Positions 25,681 to 39,699 of a stretch of 64,000 nucleotides of DNA are shown piece after piece. This DNA is from Nemertoderma westbladi (Eukaryota; Animalia; Xenacoelomorpha). The position numbers and the translations under genes are program-made. Below the pieces are notes generated by a model. The model was not told where the DNA came from, ran no database searches, and saw only the letters and a program-made list of their open reading frames with translations. The DNA lies in NCBI GenBank assembly GCA_032718475.1, contig JAUCBJ010004524.1:22894-86893 (forward strand), written 5' to 3'. Positions within the stretch are counted from its first letter, which is position 1; each line of letters begins with the position of its first letter.

Positions 25681-25944
25681 TAATTATAAAGAAATTATCC
25701 ATTAATATCATTCAAGTGTAACATTTCAGTGGCCTTTATTAGTGTTTATTCAGTGTGCCATTCATTTATTAATAGTGTTTCATAGTTGAATTAATAAAAG
25801 CGCTATATAGATTATTTGGTAATATAGTGTTTAGTTTGAAATACACTTGTAAGTATTTACTATAATAAATTAATTTATTCATAAACCCGATATAATGTAA
25901 TTTAATTAAATAATTAGTTGAACTTAAACAAAACGTTAAGTAAG

Positions 25945-27555
25945 ACCAAATCGTGCCAATCATGCCAGTGGAGTAGATGGTGTTCCCCTGAGGTCTTTAA
26001 AATACCTGAGTGTTTAAAGCTCATCTATCCCATCATAGTAGACATGTACCGTACAACAAGAGTCCCACAAGAAATGAAAACAAATAAGTTTGTGCCAGTT
26101 CCCAAGAAGGGCAACCTAGCACTCTATAGTTCTTTTCGAGGAATCTCATTGATCTCGATTGCTGCAAAGCGATACAATAGAATTATATTAAATCGCATCG
26201 GGGATCCCATTGAGAGACTGCTCCGTAGAAATCAGAATGGGTTCCGTAAAGGTCGTGGGACCATGGATCCCATTTTGGCACTTAGAAGAATAATTGAAGA
26301 GTTATCAAAAAAGAAAGACAGGCATCTGGCTGTTATCTTTGTTGACTTCTTCAAGGCCTTTGATTCAGTCTCTCGCTCACGTATGTTCAGCATACTTTCA
26401 TTATATGGGATTCCTATATGGTATTGCAGCAATCAGATCAGTATACGATGGTTCGACAACAATTGTGTCTACTGTTGACGGTGACACAGAACCATTTGAA
26501 GTGTTATAGGGCGTCCTCCAGGGAGACACACTTGCACCATTCTTGTTCATAATTGTTGTTGACTATGTTCTACGCATGTCCTTAGATCATCATAATGATG
26601 ATGGGGTGATGATAACTCCACCTACTGGCTCCAGAAGTCGAGGAAATGATAACTCCACCTACTGGCTCCAGAAGTCGAGGAAATCCTGCCAAGTACCTAA
26701 CTGATCTAGACTTTGCTGATGACTTAGGAGTACTCTCAAAATCATTAGAGGGAGCCCAACGGCTCCTCAGCTCATTAGAACATGCTGCTTCTAGTGTTGG
26801 TCTTTTTATTAACTCCAGAAAGACCAAAATTTTGACAGTTAACTTTGAAAGTCCTCAGCAAGTCTCTGATCGGATGAGCATAAGCTCAAAAGATGGTATG
26901 CTTGAGCATGTGGATGACTTCTGTTACCTGGGATCATGGATTCGGAAGTCAGGTGAGGACCTTCGAATACGTAAGGGAAAGGCATGGGCAGCCTTGAATA
27001 GGCTTTCCAGGATTTGGAAGTCACCGAGAATTAATCGGAAACTTAAGGTCCGGTTATTTAGAGCAGCAGTAGTTCCAGTACTCCTCTATGGGAGTCCATG
27101 CTGGGCTCTAACTGCTGAGGACACCAAATCTCTGTACGGCACATTCACAAGAATGCTACGCCGGGTTCATTGTGTCAAGTTCAATGCACACATCTCCAAC
27201 CAGACACTATATAACATTGGAGGTGTCTCATTGGTTCCCCCAAGCTTGACACTAGAACAAAATCGCCTCCGCTTTGCAGGATATTGCTTTCGCCGTGAGG
27301 TCCAGCCAGTGCATAATCTTGTACTTTGGCAGCCTCATGGAGTGAATAAGCATGGTAGACAGCCCATGACTTTCTTGAGACGCATCTTAAAGGACACTGG
27401 CCTTGAAGATGCGGATGATCTAGCAAATGTCATGGGTGATAGGGAGTTGTGGCGGTGCAATTTTTTCGATAAGCAGGCACAGCATTCTTAATAATGCAGC
27501 TGCAATGCAGCATGCCGATCCTAGTAGTACCACCATGTATCCTGCCAAGTTAAAG
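25945..27555 (+). mobile_element. 5'-truncated RTE-like LINE, reverse transcriptase pseudogene
   Basis: PVPKKG, FRGISL, QNGFRKGR, FVDFFKAFDSV, GVLQGDTLAPFLF, DLDFADD, FCYLGS, LLYG..W, RLRFAG motifs; frameshifts, a stop, and a 37-bp tandem duplication at 26609-26683. Confidence 0.9.
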
Positions 27556-28873
27556 CCAATTAAAGTTATCGGTGAACGAGAGTGAGACACGAAGAAATTG
27601 GAGGCAAACCCGAAGGAACTTCGCAGTTAGTGAATGTTCAATTCAGATGTCGGCAATGGCCTTTCAATCTATGTAGGTTTATATTGTGAATTCTATAGGC
27701 AATGATTTTTTGTGTCCGTTTTCATTTCTTTTCGTCATCTTGTAGAAATTTGCTTTTTTGTTACTATACAAAAATTACATCTTTTTTTACATTACGAAAA
27801 TTTGAATGATGATTTTTTGTCCGTATAAAAAGGTTTTGATGTTTAAAGGCTTTCTTCAATCTGTGAGACAGACAGAAACAGACAGTGAAAATCACCATGC
27901 ATGTGGAAAAACATTTCGTAATTTCTGGACTCCCTCAGCGAATGGAGCAGCTTACAGAGATTCTTATATACCTATTGATGGAAATTAGTAGGTTAGAGAG
28001 TTGGTTTTTTTTAACCAGAAAGGTAAACGAATTGCGAATCTCGTTACGAATTGAGAGAAAGAGCTGGTCACAGAAGCCGGATATTCTATACAAAATAATA
28101 AATGATTGCGATTCCAATGCATGAAAAGGAGCAGAGGACAAAGGAATTTATCCAAAATAAATGGGGCATCATGATATGCCATTAGTAAGTAATAGTATTA
28201 CAGCTTATCTGGAGCTGTCCATGATTAAATAGGCCTAGGTGCCAATATTCAAAACATCACTCACACACTCCTCGGTTATCTGTGTCAGAGATGCGTATAG
28301 TATAACATATGAGTAAAGCTTTTCACTACAGTAAACAGGCCTACATTTCAATCAATTATTATAGTATTATAGTTAATTGTTTTACTTGTCAGGCAGACAG
28401 TGAGAACAAATTACCGATGTAAAGTTGTAAAAAATAACTCCATGTATGTACCGTGACTACTGAAACATCTTAAGTTTGTAAGAATTGTGAATCTCAAATG
28501 CTAACTTAATGAATACGAAAGCTTTCATGTGTGTGTAATAGCATATAGCATTAGATCGGATTAATTCGAGATGAGACTGGGCGACATGTACTTATGAATT
28601 ATTTATACACCTCCTCGCACAACAACTTCAAATTATTCCTACATTTCTTACAACATATCCATCCCGGCGTCTGTTTGTCTGCATTTCATATATCCGAATG
28701 ATTACAGACTGTAAATGTATTGTTGTGCGTTATTGTAGCACAATCAGAGAAATGAATGTGTTACTTTGGGATAGAAAATAAATTATCTTTATGTTGCAAT
28801 TTATGTTACAGCTTTTGTGCGGATTCCTTAATTTACAAATAGATCAAACAAATCAAACTAATCTGTTTTTTAA

Positions 28874-30947
28874 CCCTATTACCACTGGTGGGGGGGGGGG
28901 GGGGGGATCGGCCCATTCCTAGTTTTTAGTTGCTGTAACTATGCAACCACATTACGTACCGGCCCAATTTTTATTGAGATTTAGCCAAATTTAATGCCGC
29001 ATCTTTTGCAAAAAACGACGTTGCAATTGGATTTCTACTTTTCGATGTGGGTGCCACCTCAAAATTTGGTCTCCAGCACCAACTTTTTTGAAATTTTCGA
29101 ATTTTACAAAGTCATTCGTGATTTAGTAATTATTTATGTTTGGGCTATTTTTATTTATTTTTATTGGTTTGGATCACTCTAATGCTCTATACAAGTATGT
29201 AAGTGTAGTGGTACGTCATTTTTGGAGCAACAAAATTAGGGCGTGGCACTCTAAAATTTCAAAACTACTTTATTCGTAAAATTTACTAACGTTTTGATTT
29301 CGAAGCATTTTTATTGGTTTTCTGGAGCACTGAATCGATTGAAAGTAATATAGAAGCCTGAAGACTTGTGGTTCGCCATTTTTGGTGCACCAAAATTAGG
29401 GCATGGCACTTCCAATTTTGAAAAATACGACATTCGGAAAATACACTAAAGTTTTGATTTCAAAGCATTTTTATAGGTTTTCTGGAGCGCTGAATCGATT
29501 GAAAGTAATATAGAAGCCTGAAGACTTAGTGGTTAGCAATTTTTGGTGCACCAAAATTAGGGCGTGGCACTTCAAATTTTGAAAAATACGAGATTCGGAA
29601 AATACACTAAAGTTTTGATTTGCAAAGCATTTTTATAGGTTTTTCTGGAGCGCTGGATCGATTGAAAGTAATATAGAAGCCTGAAGACTTAGTTGTTCGC
29701 CATTTTTGGTGCACCAAAATTAGGGCATGGCACTTCCAATTTTGAAAAATACGACATTCGGAAAATACACTAAAGTTTTGATTTCAAAGCATTTTTATAG
29801 GTTTTCTGGAGCGCTGAATCGATTGAAAGTAATATAGAAGCCTGAAGACTTAGTGGTTCGCCATTTTTGGTGCACCAAAATTAGGGCATGGCACTTCCAA
29901 TTTTGAAAAATACGACATTCGGAAAATACACTAAAGTTTTGATTTGCAAAGCATTTTTATAGGTTTTTCTGGAGCGCTGGATCGATTGAAAGTAATATAG
30001 AAGCCTGAAGACTTAGTGGTTCGCCATTTTTGGTGCACCAAAATTAGGGCATGGCACTTCCAATTTTGAAAAATACGACATTCGGAAAATACACTAAAGT
30101 TTTGATTTCAAAGCATTTTTATAGGTTTTCTGGAACGCTGAATCGATTGAAAGTAATATAGAAGCCTCAAATCCTTGGTGTACGTAATTTTCGGTGCACC
30201 AAAATTAGGGCGTTGTACTTCAAATTTTCAAAATTACTTTATTCGGAAAAACACGAAAGTTTTGATTTCAAAAAATGGCTAACCTCTAAGTCTTCAGGCT
30301 TCTATATTACTTTCAATCGATTCAGCGGTCTAGAAAACCTATATAAATGCGCTAAAATTTCAATTTTGGTTTATTTTCCGAATCTCGTATTTTTCAAAAT
30401 TTGAAGTGCCATGCCCTAATTTTGGTGCACCTCAAATGGCGAACCACTAAGTCTTCAGGTTTCTATATTACTTTCAATCGATTCAGCGGGCCAGAAAACC
30501 TAGAAAGATGCGTTGAAATAAAAAATTAGGGGCATTTTCTGAATATTTAATTTGTCAAAATTTGAAGTGCCACGCCCACTTCTTAAATGCACGAAAAATA
30601 GCATCCACTTCAATTTTTGGAAATGGAATATAATCACATTCGATTCAGCATCTTGAAAAACCTACTAAATCTAGACAACACTGCCACACTATTAGTTTTT
30701 AGAAAACGAAAAATTTTGTAATTTTGTCCTGGGACTACTTTTATTTTTTTCATCAAAATTATGATTCCCTGCTTATGAAATTTTAACTTTTTAAGGTTTG
30801 GTAATGTTCATCTATAGTTGTTTCACCAACAGCCCAAATTCTGTAGGATTTCATTGAACGATTACAAAAATATAGTGGGTGGGCCGAATCGCCCCCGCCC
30901 CCAGTGCCAGTGGTGCTAATGGTCAAAACACCCCAGTGGTAATAGGG
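28874..30947. mobile_element. piggyBac-like non-autonomous element (TTAA target) with an internal ~160-bp tandem array
   Basis: TTAA|CCCTATTACCACTGG ... CCAGTGGTAATAGGG|TTAA; about 6 direct units (GAAAGTAATATAGAAGCCTGAAGACTT...) at 29240-30270, then inverted units at 30280-30600. Confidence 0.88.
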
Positions 30948-31217
30948 TTAATGGACAAGTTGTAACCAGAGCTGTAATGCTATCCAACATTATCACGTCG
31001 CCACATGTTCAGAATCTACCATAATACATATTGTACTTTAAAATAAGTACTACTGTATATGTATTGTCCTATATGGACTGATCTGACCTTTAAGAAATAT
31101 ATACTTGTTCTTGAATCCAATTGACTGTAATGACAATTTATTATGTCATTATTATTAATTGTGTGCTTAATTGTATGTAATTAAGTGCTATTAATTGTTA
31201 TTATAATAATGTTATAC

Positions 31218-32115
31218 ACCATGACCCGTAATATAGTGTCATTTCTGATGACACGGACCCCCCCCCCCCCCCCCCCAGATTTTTCTACAAATCTTTATCA
31301 TATTGCTGGAAATTTGCTTGAAACACAACTAGTTCCACTCACCGTCGTTGACCCCACGAAGCCGGAATTTTCAAATTTGCCTTTAAATTTCTTTAAAAAG
31401 CGTTTTAAAAAAGTGTCTTGCAAAATCGCACCATCCCGTATCATTGCCATTCTTCACATTAGTCGTAATTTTTTCATATCAATAGAAAGCTTGCGTTGCT
31501 GGGATTCGAAATGTGTAACAATATCTGAATTTTGTTGAGAAACAGCGGAGAAATAGGCGTTCAAATATTGTAAGAATTATTGTTCGCTGCAGGCCATTTA
31601 TTCTATTTAATAAATACCCATCTGGAACAATTTGTTTAAGTATGAATAGCTATGCAATAGATATAGTGGATAGGATTACCGCTGTTGCCAACCAACTCTT
31701 AAAATAAATAACACGTTCTAGAATTTTGTGTATTTATTAAATAGAATAAATGGCCTGCGGCGAATGATCGTTCTTGCAATCTTTGAAATCCTATATCTCA
31801 GCTGTTTCTCAAAGGAATTCAGATATTGTTACATATTTAGAATCCTTGCAACGCGAGCTTTTTAATGATATGTAAAAGTTACGACAAATGCGAAGAATGG
31901 CCACGACACAGAGGGTGCGATTTCGCAAAGGACACTTTTTTAAAACGCTTATTAAAAAAATTTAAAGGCTAAATTTGAAAATTCCGGCTTCATGGGGTCA
32001 ACGACGGTGAGTGGAACTAGTTGTGTTTTAAATTTCAAGCAATATGATAATGATTTGTATAACAATCTGGGGGGGGGGGGGGTCCGTGTCATCAGAAAAT
32101 GGCACTATATTACGG
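31218..32115. mobile_element. Foldback MITE with ~400-bp inverted arms
   Basis: CCGTAATATAGTG.CATTT.CTGATGACACGGACC-polyC at 31226 and the reverse complement ending at 32115; the arms match inward to ~31620/31725. Confidence 0.88.
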
Positions 32116-32297
32116 TTATTCTAACATCTAACTTTAATAAAGCCCAAGGAAGGCCTCTAGGAGAGGCAGAAAGCTAGCTCTCTGCGATAATTCCCTTTCT
32201 TTTTGTTACTTGTCGGTGGGTGTAGACCATTAACCACATTTGTTGTATTAAATTATAATATTTATTTTATATATATATATTATATTATTTAAACCAT

Positions 32298-33400
32298 ATT
32301 ACTACTACTTCTAGGTCGAGCGAACTCTGACAGTGGAAATGAGATCCTTCCAGGCTTCCCGATTCTCCAGAGTTGTCCATGTTTCTCGCAAGTTCAGTAT
32401 GCATTTCAAGCTGGTCTGTATATGTTATAGCCAGTCGCCCATGGGTACGCTTTCCATGTGTTGGTTGCCAGAAAAGTAGATCTGGTATGACCTCGTCTTT
32501 ACTTCGCCAGCAGTGCCCAATGAATCTTAATCTGCGTTCACGGAGGGTGGTTGATACAGGTGGTATTGTACCATAAAGCTCGGCGTTTGTCATGTGTTGT
32601 CTCCAGCTGATGTTTAGGGCTGCCCTTAGTAGTCTTGTGTAGCAACCATCAATTTGATGTTCATGTGATTTCGTCATTGTCCAGGTCTCTAATAAAGGTA
32701 CACTAAAATAGATCTATAAAATCTATAAAAATACACTTTCCACTGTGGCTCGAAAGAACTTAGTCTTCAGGTGCCTGGAGAGATCTGATTTCCTAATGGT
32801 ATCTATTTTTGATAGAGCTACCCATGCCTTTGCTTTCCTAACTTCTATGTCTTTTTTGCTATTCTCTATCATTAACTCATGAATTTGGTTTTTGGTAGAA
32901 TTTATATGTAATCCAACCTCATTAGCAGTCATCTCCACTTTATTCAGCAGAAGCTGTGCATCTGCTAGCATATTAGAGAACAGTGCGATGTCATCCGCAA
33001 AGTCGGTGTCTGTGACTGTAGTTGCCGGATATCTATTACTTATCCGTTCTTGTTTGTCTGTGTCTGTATTCTACAATTACAATTAGTAATGGCACCAATG
33101 GTCACCTTGCAGTACGCCAGCCATTATTGAGAAGAACTCAGTTTCACCATCTGGTGAGAGTACATGAGCTTCCGTGTCACAATATAATAATCCAATGACA
33201 TCCACAATTACCTCTGGTATTCCATAAGCTCTTGGGATTTCCAGCATTTTATCTCTATGGATTGAATCGAATGCTTTCTTGAAGTCCACAAATGTCATCA
33301 GGCCAGCAGGGAGATTCTTTGACTTAATTCCTTCAATCAGTCTCCATAATGAAAGTATAGCTATTACTGATCTATGTGGTCGAAATCTGTTTTGGCTCTT
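32298..33400 (-). mobile_element. RTE-like LINE fragment (RT pseudogene)
   Basis: FVDFKKAFDSIHR, GVLQGD, TDFADD, KAKAW.AL, FFRATVESV, RERRLRFIGHCWR; short (AGT)n tail. Confidence 0.88.
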
Positions 33401-33404
33401 ATAC

Positions 33405-33830
33405 AGACCAGGCGGAAACCAGACGGCATGTCCCTAGCCCCCTGGTCATCAGGTAAACCATTGGTGTGGGATTACACATGCAGGGACACCCTTGCACCAT
33501 CACACCTCCACAACACATCAGTTTGGGCTGGTGCCGCTACAGCCTTAGCCGAAACCACTAAGGGCAACAAATATGCAGATCTCCAACACAACTATATCTT
33601 CGCCACCATAGCCACTAAAACCCTCGGGACCATAGGAGAGGAGGGAACAGCCATTTTAAACGAGATTGGACGTAGGATTGCTCGAGCCACAGGCGAACCA
33701 ACAGCTCAACCTCTTTCTTGTTCCAGAGGCTATCAATAGCAACCATCCGGGGCAACGCGACAGCCGTGCTCGGAACTCTACCCAGACAGGCCAACCTAGA
33801 CGAGATATTACAAATGTAGGAGAAGGGAGG
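33405..33830 (+). mobile_element. 3' fragment of a CRE-like non-LTR element (RLE domain, PDG..PW..GK.L.WD type)
   Basis: KPDGMSLAPWSSGKPLVWDYTCRDTLAPSH...K..KY..L...; after a frameshift, FQRLSIATIRGNATAVLGTL. Confidence 0.75.
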
Positions 33831-34418
33831 GGCGACCCATAACTTTTAGAGATTGGTGACTATATAATCAACTGAAGGTAATAAATGGTGCGTACTATTT
33901 TATTAAGTTTAGTCATTAAAGGTTTTAGTATACTATGGTCTATATACGGTAAGCTATGGAAATACATTTAGTGCTGTTGTATCTAATCAGGTAATTAATA
34001 ATTGTTAACATGTAGATATTTCACTATATAATCTATAGTAATCAATAATAAATAGAACAGGTTACAGTTTTATTACAGTAGTTACTAGTGTGAAATAAGT
34101 GTGAGAGCTGAGCGCTCTAATTTCTACATTTACCAATATGTCACTGAACATTTTGGATAAATAAAATAAAATAATGTGTTTCTCTGGAAACACAAATGGT
34201 GCCCGTCTAACTGTGAATGCAACCGTTAGTATAATTTACATTACAGAAACAAAACCTGTTATCATGGATGCACAAAAATAGTGACATTCTGGTAAATATT
34301 AAATGTATTTTGAACATAGTGTACTCTATTAACTGTCTACTGTCTAAGGCCTTGCAAGCGTTCAGCCTTCATAATTTATGGAGGCTGGATTATAACCGGT
34401 AGCATACTGCTGTACTGT

Positions 34419-35747
34419 GTGTGTGCAGGCATGGGGAAAAATAGTGACATTCTGGTAAATATTAAATGTATTTTCAACATAGCGTTCTCTATTGCTACTG
34501 ATTGCCATGCAATTTTTAAACTCTTATCTGCTCGACGCAGGGATTTTGAACTAGCTGAGATTATGGAGGACATCAAACAACATGTCATTCTTCGCCATGT
34601 AGACTCACGATGGCTAACAACTGGTCCAGTAGCCACCCGACTCCTGAAACAGCTTCCAGCACTAATTAATTATTTCAAGTTCTGCAAAAACAGCAAAGAT
34701 CAATCCCTGAAGAAGTTCTCTCAGTCTGCAAGATTCATTAGAATTGATACCACACTATCCAATCCATTGACGCAACCATGTCTAGACACCATTGTGTATC
34801 TCTGTGGACTGTTCAAATACTTCCTTCTGACGTTTCAGAAAGCGACTCCACAGGTGCACTACATCTATACAGAGAGCAATGATCTGTACCACAGGATTTT
34901 GTCTGTGTTCTGCCTGTCAGATAAACTTCAGTCCTCGGAGAGGTTACCACTTACAGGAAAGAAACTCCTCGATGTTGATTTCAATTTGTCATCTAACTGG
35001 AGTACTGGTCTGCAACTTGGATGCGCCCTCGAACATTCTGATCTAACTCAACCTCTGATCAAGCAGTTGCGAACTGGTCTTATAGCAATGGCGCAGTATA
35101 TTCATGGCCACTTACCTATATCAAACATTCTATTCCGTTCTCTCCAAGTTATCCATCCCATAATTGGTAGTCGAAGAGTTACAGTGGCAAAGAAATGGCT
35201 CAAGTATCTCACTGTGCGCTTTATAAGAGTTTGTGGGGGTTCAATGGCAGATGCAGACACAATTAACCATGGGTATAGTTTATTCTGTCTTCAAGACCTG
35301 TTGGAATATGAAATCAATCTCGCAAATGAAGACATTAGTATGTTTTGGACGGAGTTCATGCAGAAAACATACCCGATTGGTGGTGAAAAAAACCAGTACC
35401 TGGCACGATTCATGTTGAATATGGCAACTTTCACCCATGGCAATGATGGACCGGAGAGGGGATTTAATACAAACAGCCTCATTGTCAACAAACAACGTTT
35501 GAATCTAAAGAAAAGTACCATTATAGGCACTCGCCATTGCAAAGAAGCCATAACAATCGCGGGTGGTGCCCACAATATATCATATACCTCAGAAATGCTA
35601 TCTGCTGCATGCAAAGCATATGCAACATATAACCTAGATCTGCAGGAAGACAGGGCTGCGCAGCAAATGAGAGATCTTGAATCGACCAGGAAGCGCAAGA
35701 TAGCCGAGGAGGAGGAAAGCCAACTCAAACGTCCTGCAGACATTTAG
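34419..35747 (+). pseudogene. C-terminal part of a hAT-like transposase
   Basis: ILRHVDSRWLT (hAT 'TRW' motif) and HGNDGPERGFN (dimerisation-domain S/N...ER.FS motif with catalytic E); the coiled-coil tail continues to ~36020 after a frameshift. Confidence 0.75.
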
Positions 35748-36928
35748 CTCGACATAAAACGACTGGAGACACGATTAACTGCTGTAGTTGGGCATATAGC
35801 AGCTGCCCAATGCATTTATGATTCTGCAGCTGTGAAGCTAACTGATGCTATCAGCCAGGGTGATCTGACTCAGGCAGGAATCGCTAATACTGAGATAAAA
35901 CACTCAATGGAAACTATTAGATCCCAGCAATCATTGGCAGATAATCTGAAACTTCAGCTTGCTGCAGATATTTACAAGGTTATAACAGAGAATGACGAGC
36001 ATATGCCGATTATATTTTGATTATATATTTTTTTGACAAAAATCACAAGTTTTGGAGAGAACTTTAACATATTGATTTCTGAGACAGAAGCTGTCTCTGT
36101 CTCAGTAAATATGTATATTAAAGTTCTCTCCACAGCTACAATTTTAGCGTGTGATTTATTATGATTGACGCAAAACCCACTTTGGTGAATCAACAATGAT
36201 GATTTTCAATTTAGGGAAAGGAACAGGTTGCAGTGGCAGTCTATTCTAACCAAAACAATAATTGAATGTCTATAACACGGTTACAGTTTCGTTTTTGCTT
36301 GTAATCAGCTGTTATTTACATCCATTTCCCCTGGATATGGTTGTATTTTTATTGCATCTTAAAGCATTTTTGTTATATATATAAATGTAGCCACGACCGG
36401 AAATCCATACCAAAGTTTTATATCACTTTCAAACTAAAGTTCTATTTTCAAGCGTTTGGTTAACCTCTATCAATGACCATCAATCGGCGGAGCTCGACCA
36501 TCTCTGATAACTAGGCAAAAAAGGTGAAAATATCAGTATAATTATATTAATATATTAACTATAATTAATATTAATTATATTACCATTGCCGTTGTTCTCT
36601 TTCCTCTGTGTTTATATTTTTTAACTTTCTTTGATATCTTCCTGTCATTTAAAACAGTGACGTTTCTTAATGGGATTCTTCATAGTATATATAGTAAGGT
36701 TAATGAAATAGAATCAAGAAAGCACTAAAGACATAATGTTTACTATTATTTTTGTAAAGATAATATCTATTCAGTTTTTCAATTTTTTTGAACCGTATCC
36801 GATCCTTCTTTTTTCCTTTTTTTTATGAACTTCATCCTATCCTTTTTTTCATTTTTTTTTTTGAAAATATGAAATCCTTTTATCCTTTTTTTTTCTTGAT
36901 TTTTTTTGGCTGGAAGGGCAGAAAACTG
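34490..36928 (+). mobile_element. 5'-truncated hAT-superfamily transposon; putative right end at 36928
   Basis: Contains the transposase fragment; ends ...GGGCAGAAAACTG (CAG- on the minus strand) after ATCCTTTTT subterminal repeats. Confidence 0.6.
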
Positions 36929-37689
36929 TAAAGAACTTTGCAACAAGTATGTATGTAGTTTTATTCCAAAATTTTAACATTACGAAACGATTGTATATAC
37001 ATTATAAGTGATAGAAACTGCACAAATTATATTAGTTGCTGTATAAATAAATGTAAAAGTGACATCAATTATGTTATAAAAAAGATGGCTTATATTTATA
37101 GTGGCGTTTGGAGCCATGTTAATAATATAGCTACTGGTTATTAATAGCTATACCACTACCGGTAGGTAATGCAGTAGGCCTATCTGGCTGTCTGGCAAAT
37201 TTCCACCTATTGTTTAGGTGGAATCCAATGACGGCGTTAAGTAATGTCCCCTTAGTGGACATTACTTAACGCCATCATGGGTTACCACGTAAACAATAAC
37301 TCCAAATACAATACTAAATGTACAGGCCAATACAATGCTGTAATGTCCTCTAAAGTTGTAAAGTGCTAAATAACAACTCGCTGTTAATACTAACGGCGTT
37401 GAGTAATGTTACAATTTTGGAATAAAATATTTAATTAAATGAAACTAAATGTAATTTAATATCGCCTATATTTGAAAAAGAAAAAGAGAATTATCGAGAG
37501 CTCATAAAATATGAAAACATTTTTTAAGTGATTGAACGTCAGTTGAGTTTTATTTAATCCATTCTTCTTTATTGCATACAACTGGTTCTCACACCCTACA
37601 GTTATATTATTGATTTTTAATTAATATTCTAATAATATATAAAAGTTGCTTAAATTTTGTGATCGATCGGTAAGGTTAAGATCTTTGTT

Positions 37690-38170
37690 ATTTAATATTT
37701 TCCGGATATATATTATTAGGTATCTTACACGGCGCCTTTGAATCGAATATATTTTAAGTGTTACAAGATGTTAACAATATTAGACCATACCTATCATTTA
37801 TTCGTCTGGTATAAGAACTCTGAATTTGTTCCAGTTTCTGTATGTCGGATAAGGCAGTTGGATTCCACAACCCGCAGCAATACTCTAGTTTAGGGTCGTA
37901 TTAAGCTAGTGAAAAGTGTCATTAATGGCAACTTGTTTCTTGTGGTAATAGTACGGAGCACCCATCCCCATAACTGAAATGCCGATTTTGAAATGGTTGC
38001 TTTGTTGAAAAAAAAACTCCATTTAATGCTTATGCCAAGGTACTTGACATAATCTGCGGTATGGAAGCAACTTGATTGGTTGGTTTTTAGCTGTAGTAAG
38101 ATGGGCAGGGGCTTGGTGAAGCATATTTCTTGCTGAAAATTTGGATGCGTTCAAACGTCCATGTAACTGA
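37690..38170 (-). mobile_element. Degraded CR1-clade LINE fragment (C-terminal of RT)
   Basis: Manual minus-strand translation across frameshifts: VKYLGI; TLFTSLIRP/LEYCCGLWNP...DIQKLEQIQSSYTRRI; LKIYSIQRRRVRYLI. Confidence 0.75.
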
Positions 38171-39699
38171 CGTCAGTGAAGTTTAATTATCGTAGAAAAT
38201 TTGCAAATTTCCCATGTACATCATCTACAGAATACAGTGTACACATTCTTTCTTGTTTGCAGCATCCAACAAACACTTTTCCATTATTTTGCAGAAGTCG
38301 GACGTCTCATTGGTCAAATTGTCTCTGAGTGATTGACTTGTGGAGGCAATCGCTTCATAAAATATAACAAGAATCATCTTCTTTTCACACATAACCTCTA
38401 TGGGAGTTTTAGAATAAATAACAAAACAAACATGCGGCCTCCTGCGGTAGTTATTTTTCTTTGTGTAATCTCATATTGTGTTTTTTTTTCAGACATCTTC
38501 TCTACTTTGTGGTTGGCAGTCTATATCTAGCAAATCTTTCTTTATGAACTAATTTCGGGAGACCTGTGATTTTCGCTGATTCTCGATTTCAATCAAGCGC
38601 TCCACTCTTTTTTTCCAATTACAAAAACCTGGTGCCAGAGAGTGAAACACAAATATCAAATTATCTCGAGGATGCTTGAAGTAAGTACGGACTCTGCAGA
38701 AAGCACATAATATGTATAATAATATTTTTTTGCTTTTGATACCAGCCAGAGTCAAGGCTGGGATTCTAACCATTCCGATTGAAAGTAGGGAGAATAAGGA
38801 GGGTTGAACCCAAATTAAATTATATTGATTTATTGTGTTCCACATCGTAGCTTCATGCTGAATTGCACAAATAACTAAAACAATATATTCCACATTGGGA
38901 TAAATATTAAAGTGCTAAAATCATGTATTATATGAGAAATAAGTTTTTTCCCGAGCCGAGTTTTCTGGTTCACGCCTCCTACCAGATATATGTGAGGCGT
39001 GAATCAGGGGGGTTTGGAGGGTTGAACCGCCCATAGAAGCAATGTTATCAAATGAAAATATGTCAATGAAAATTAGTCCCTCTGTCAGTTTGTCTATGTT
39101 TTTTCAGTGTTTGCGAATAGTCAAACAAACACATTTTTTGAACATATCACTAAAGTTTGATTTATTTTCTCACGAATTTTTAATTCTATGTGAAATGTTT
39201 CACAAAAATGTCCATTGCCACACAACCTCTCAGAATTTTTTGAAATTATGAAAACATTTTGTAAGAAAAACTTTCAAATTTTGAGTGAAGATATTTATTG
39301 ACTAAAAATATAAATTTATAAATTATTTATTATAATTAATTTATATAATTAATTATTATAAATTATTTATAAATTATTATAAATTAAATCTATAAATTTA
39401 TAGACTAATTGACTTTAAAAAAATAGCCAAATAATTAGTGTCACAAACATTAAAATCACGATCCGGTGCTTATGCGTACATAATATAAAAAACTAATTGG
39501 TTAACTTTATTCTAAAGGTAAAAAATGATCCTAGTGAGATATTTTCAAGTCTATAACTCAAATGGCAGCTGAGAAACATGTACCGAAAGAAATTCTAAAA
39601 ACTCATTTTGAGAAAAATCCAGATAAAATTTGAACTTTCTCGCGCAAATACTGTCTGTTATTATGAAATAATGTCTGTCAATATATACCTAGCAAAAAG

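Noticed and set aside
27806-28190. Possible Ginger/integrase zinc-finger-like fragment (KPDILYKIINDC...)
   Set aside because: Key His/Cys residues are missing and the similarity is too weak to support a call.
34276-34495. ~55-bp local duplication at the start of the hAT ORF
   Set aside because: Simple breakpoint duplication; it suggests the ORF's first residues are not genuine transposase sequence.
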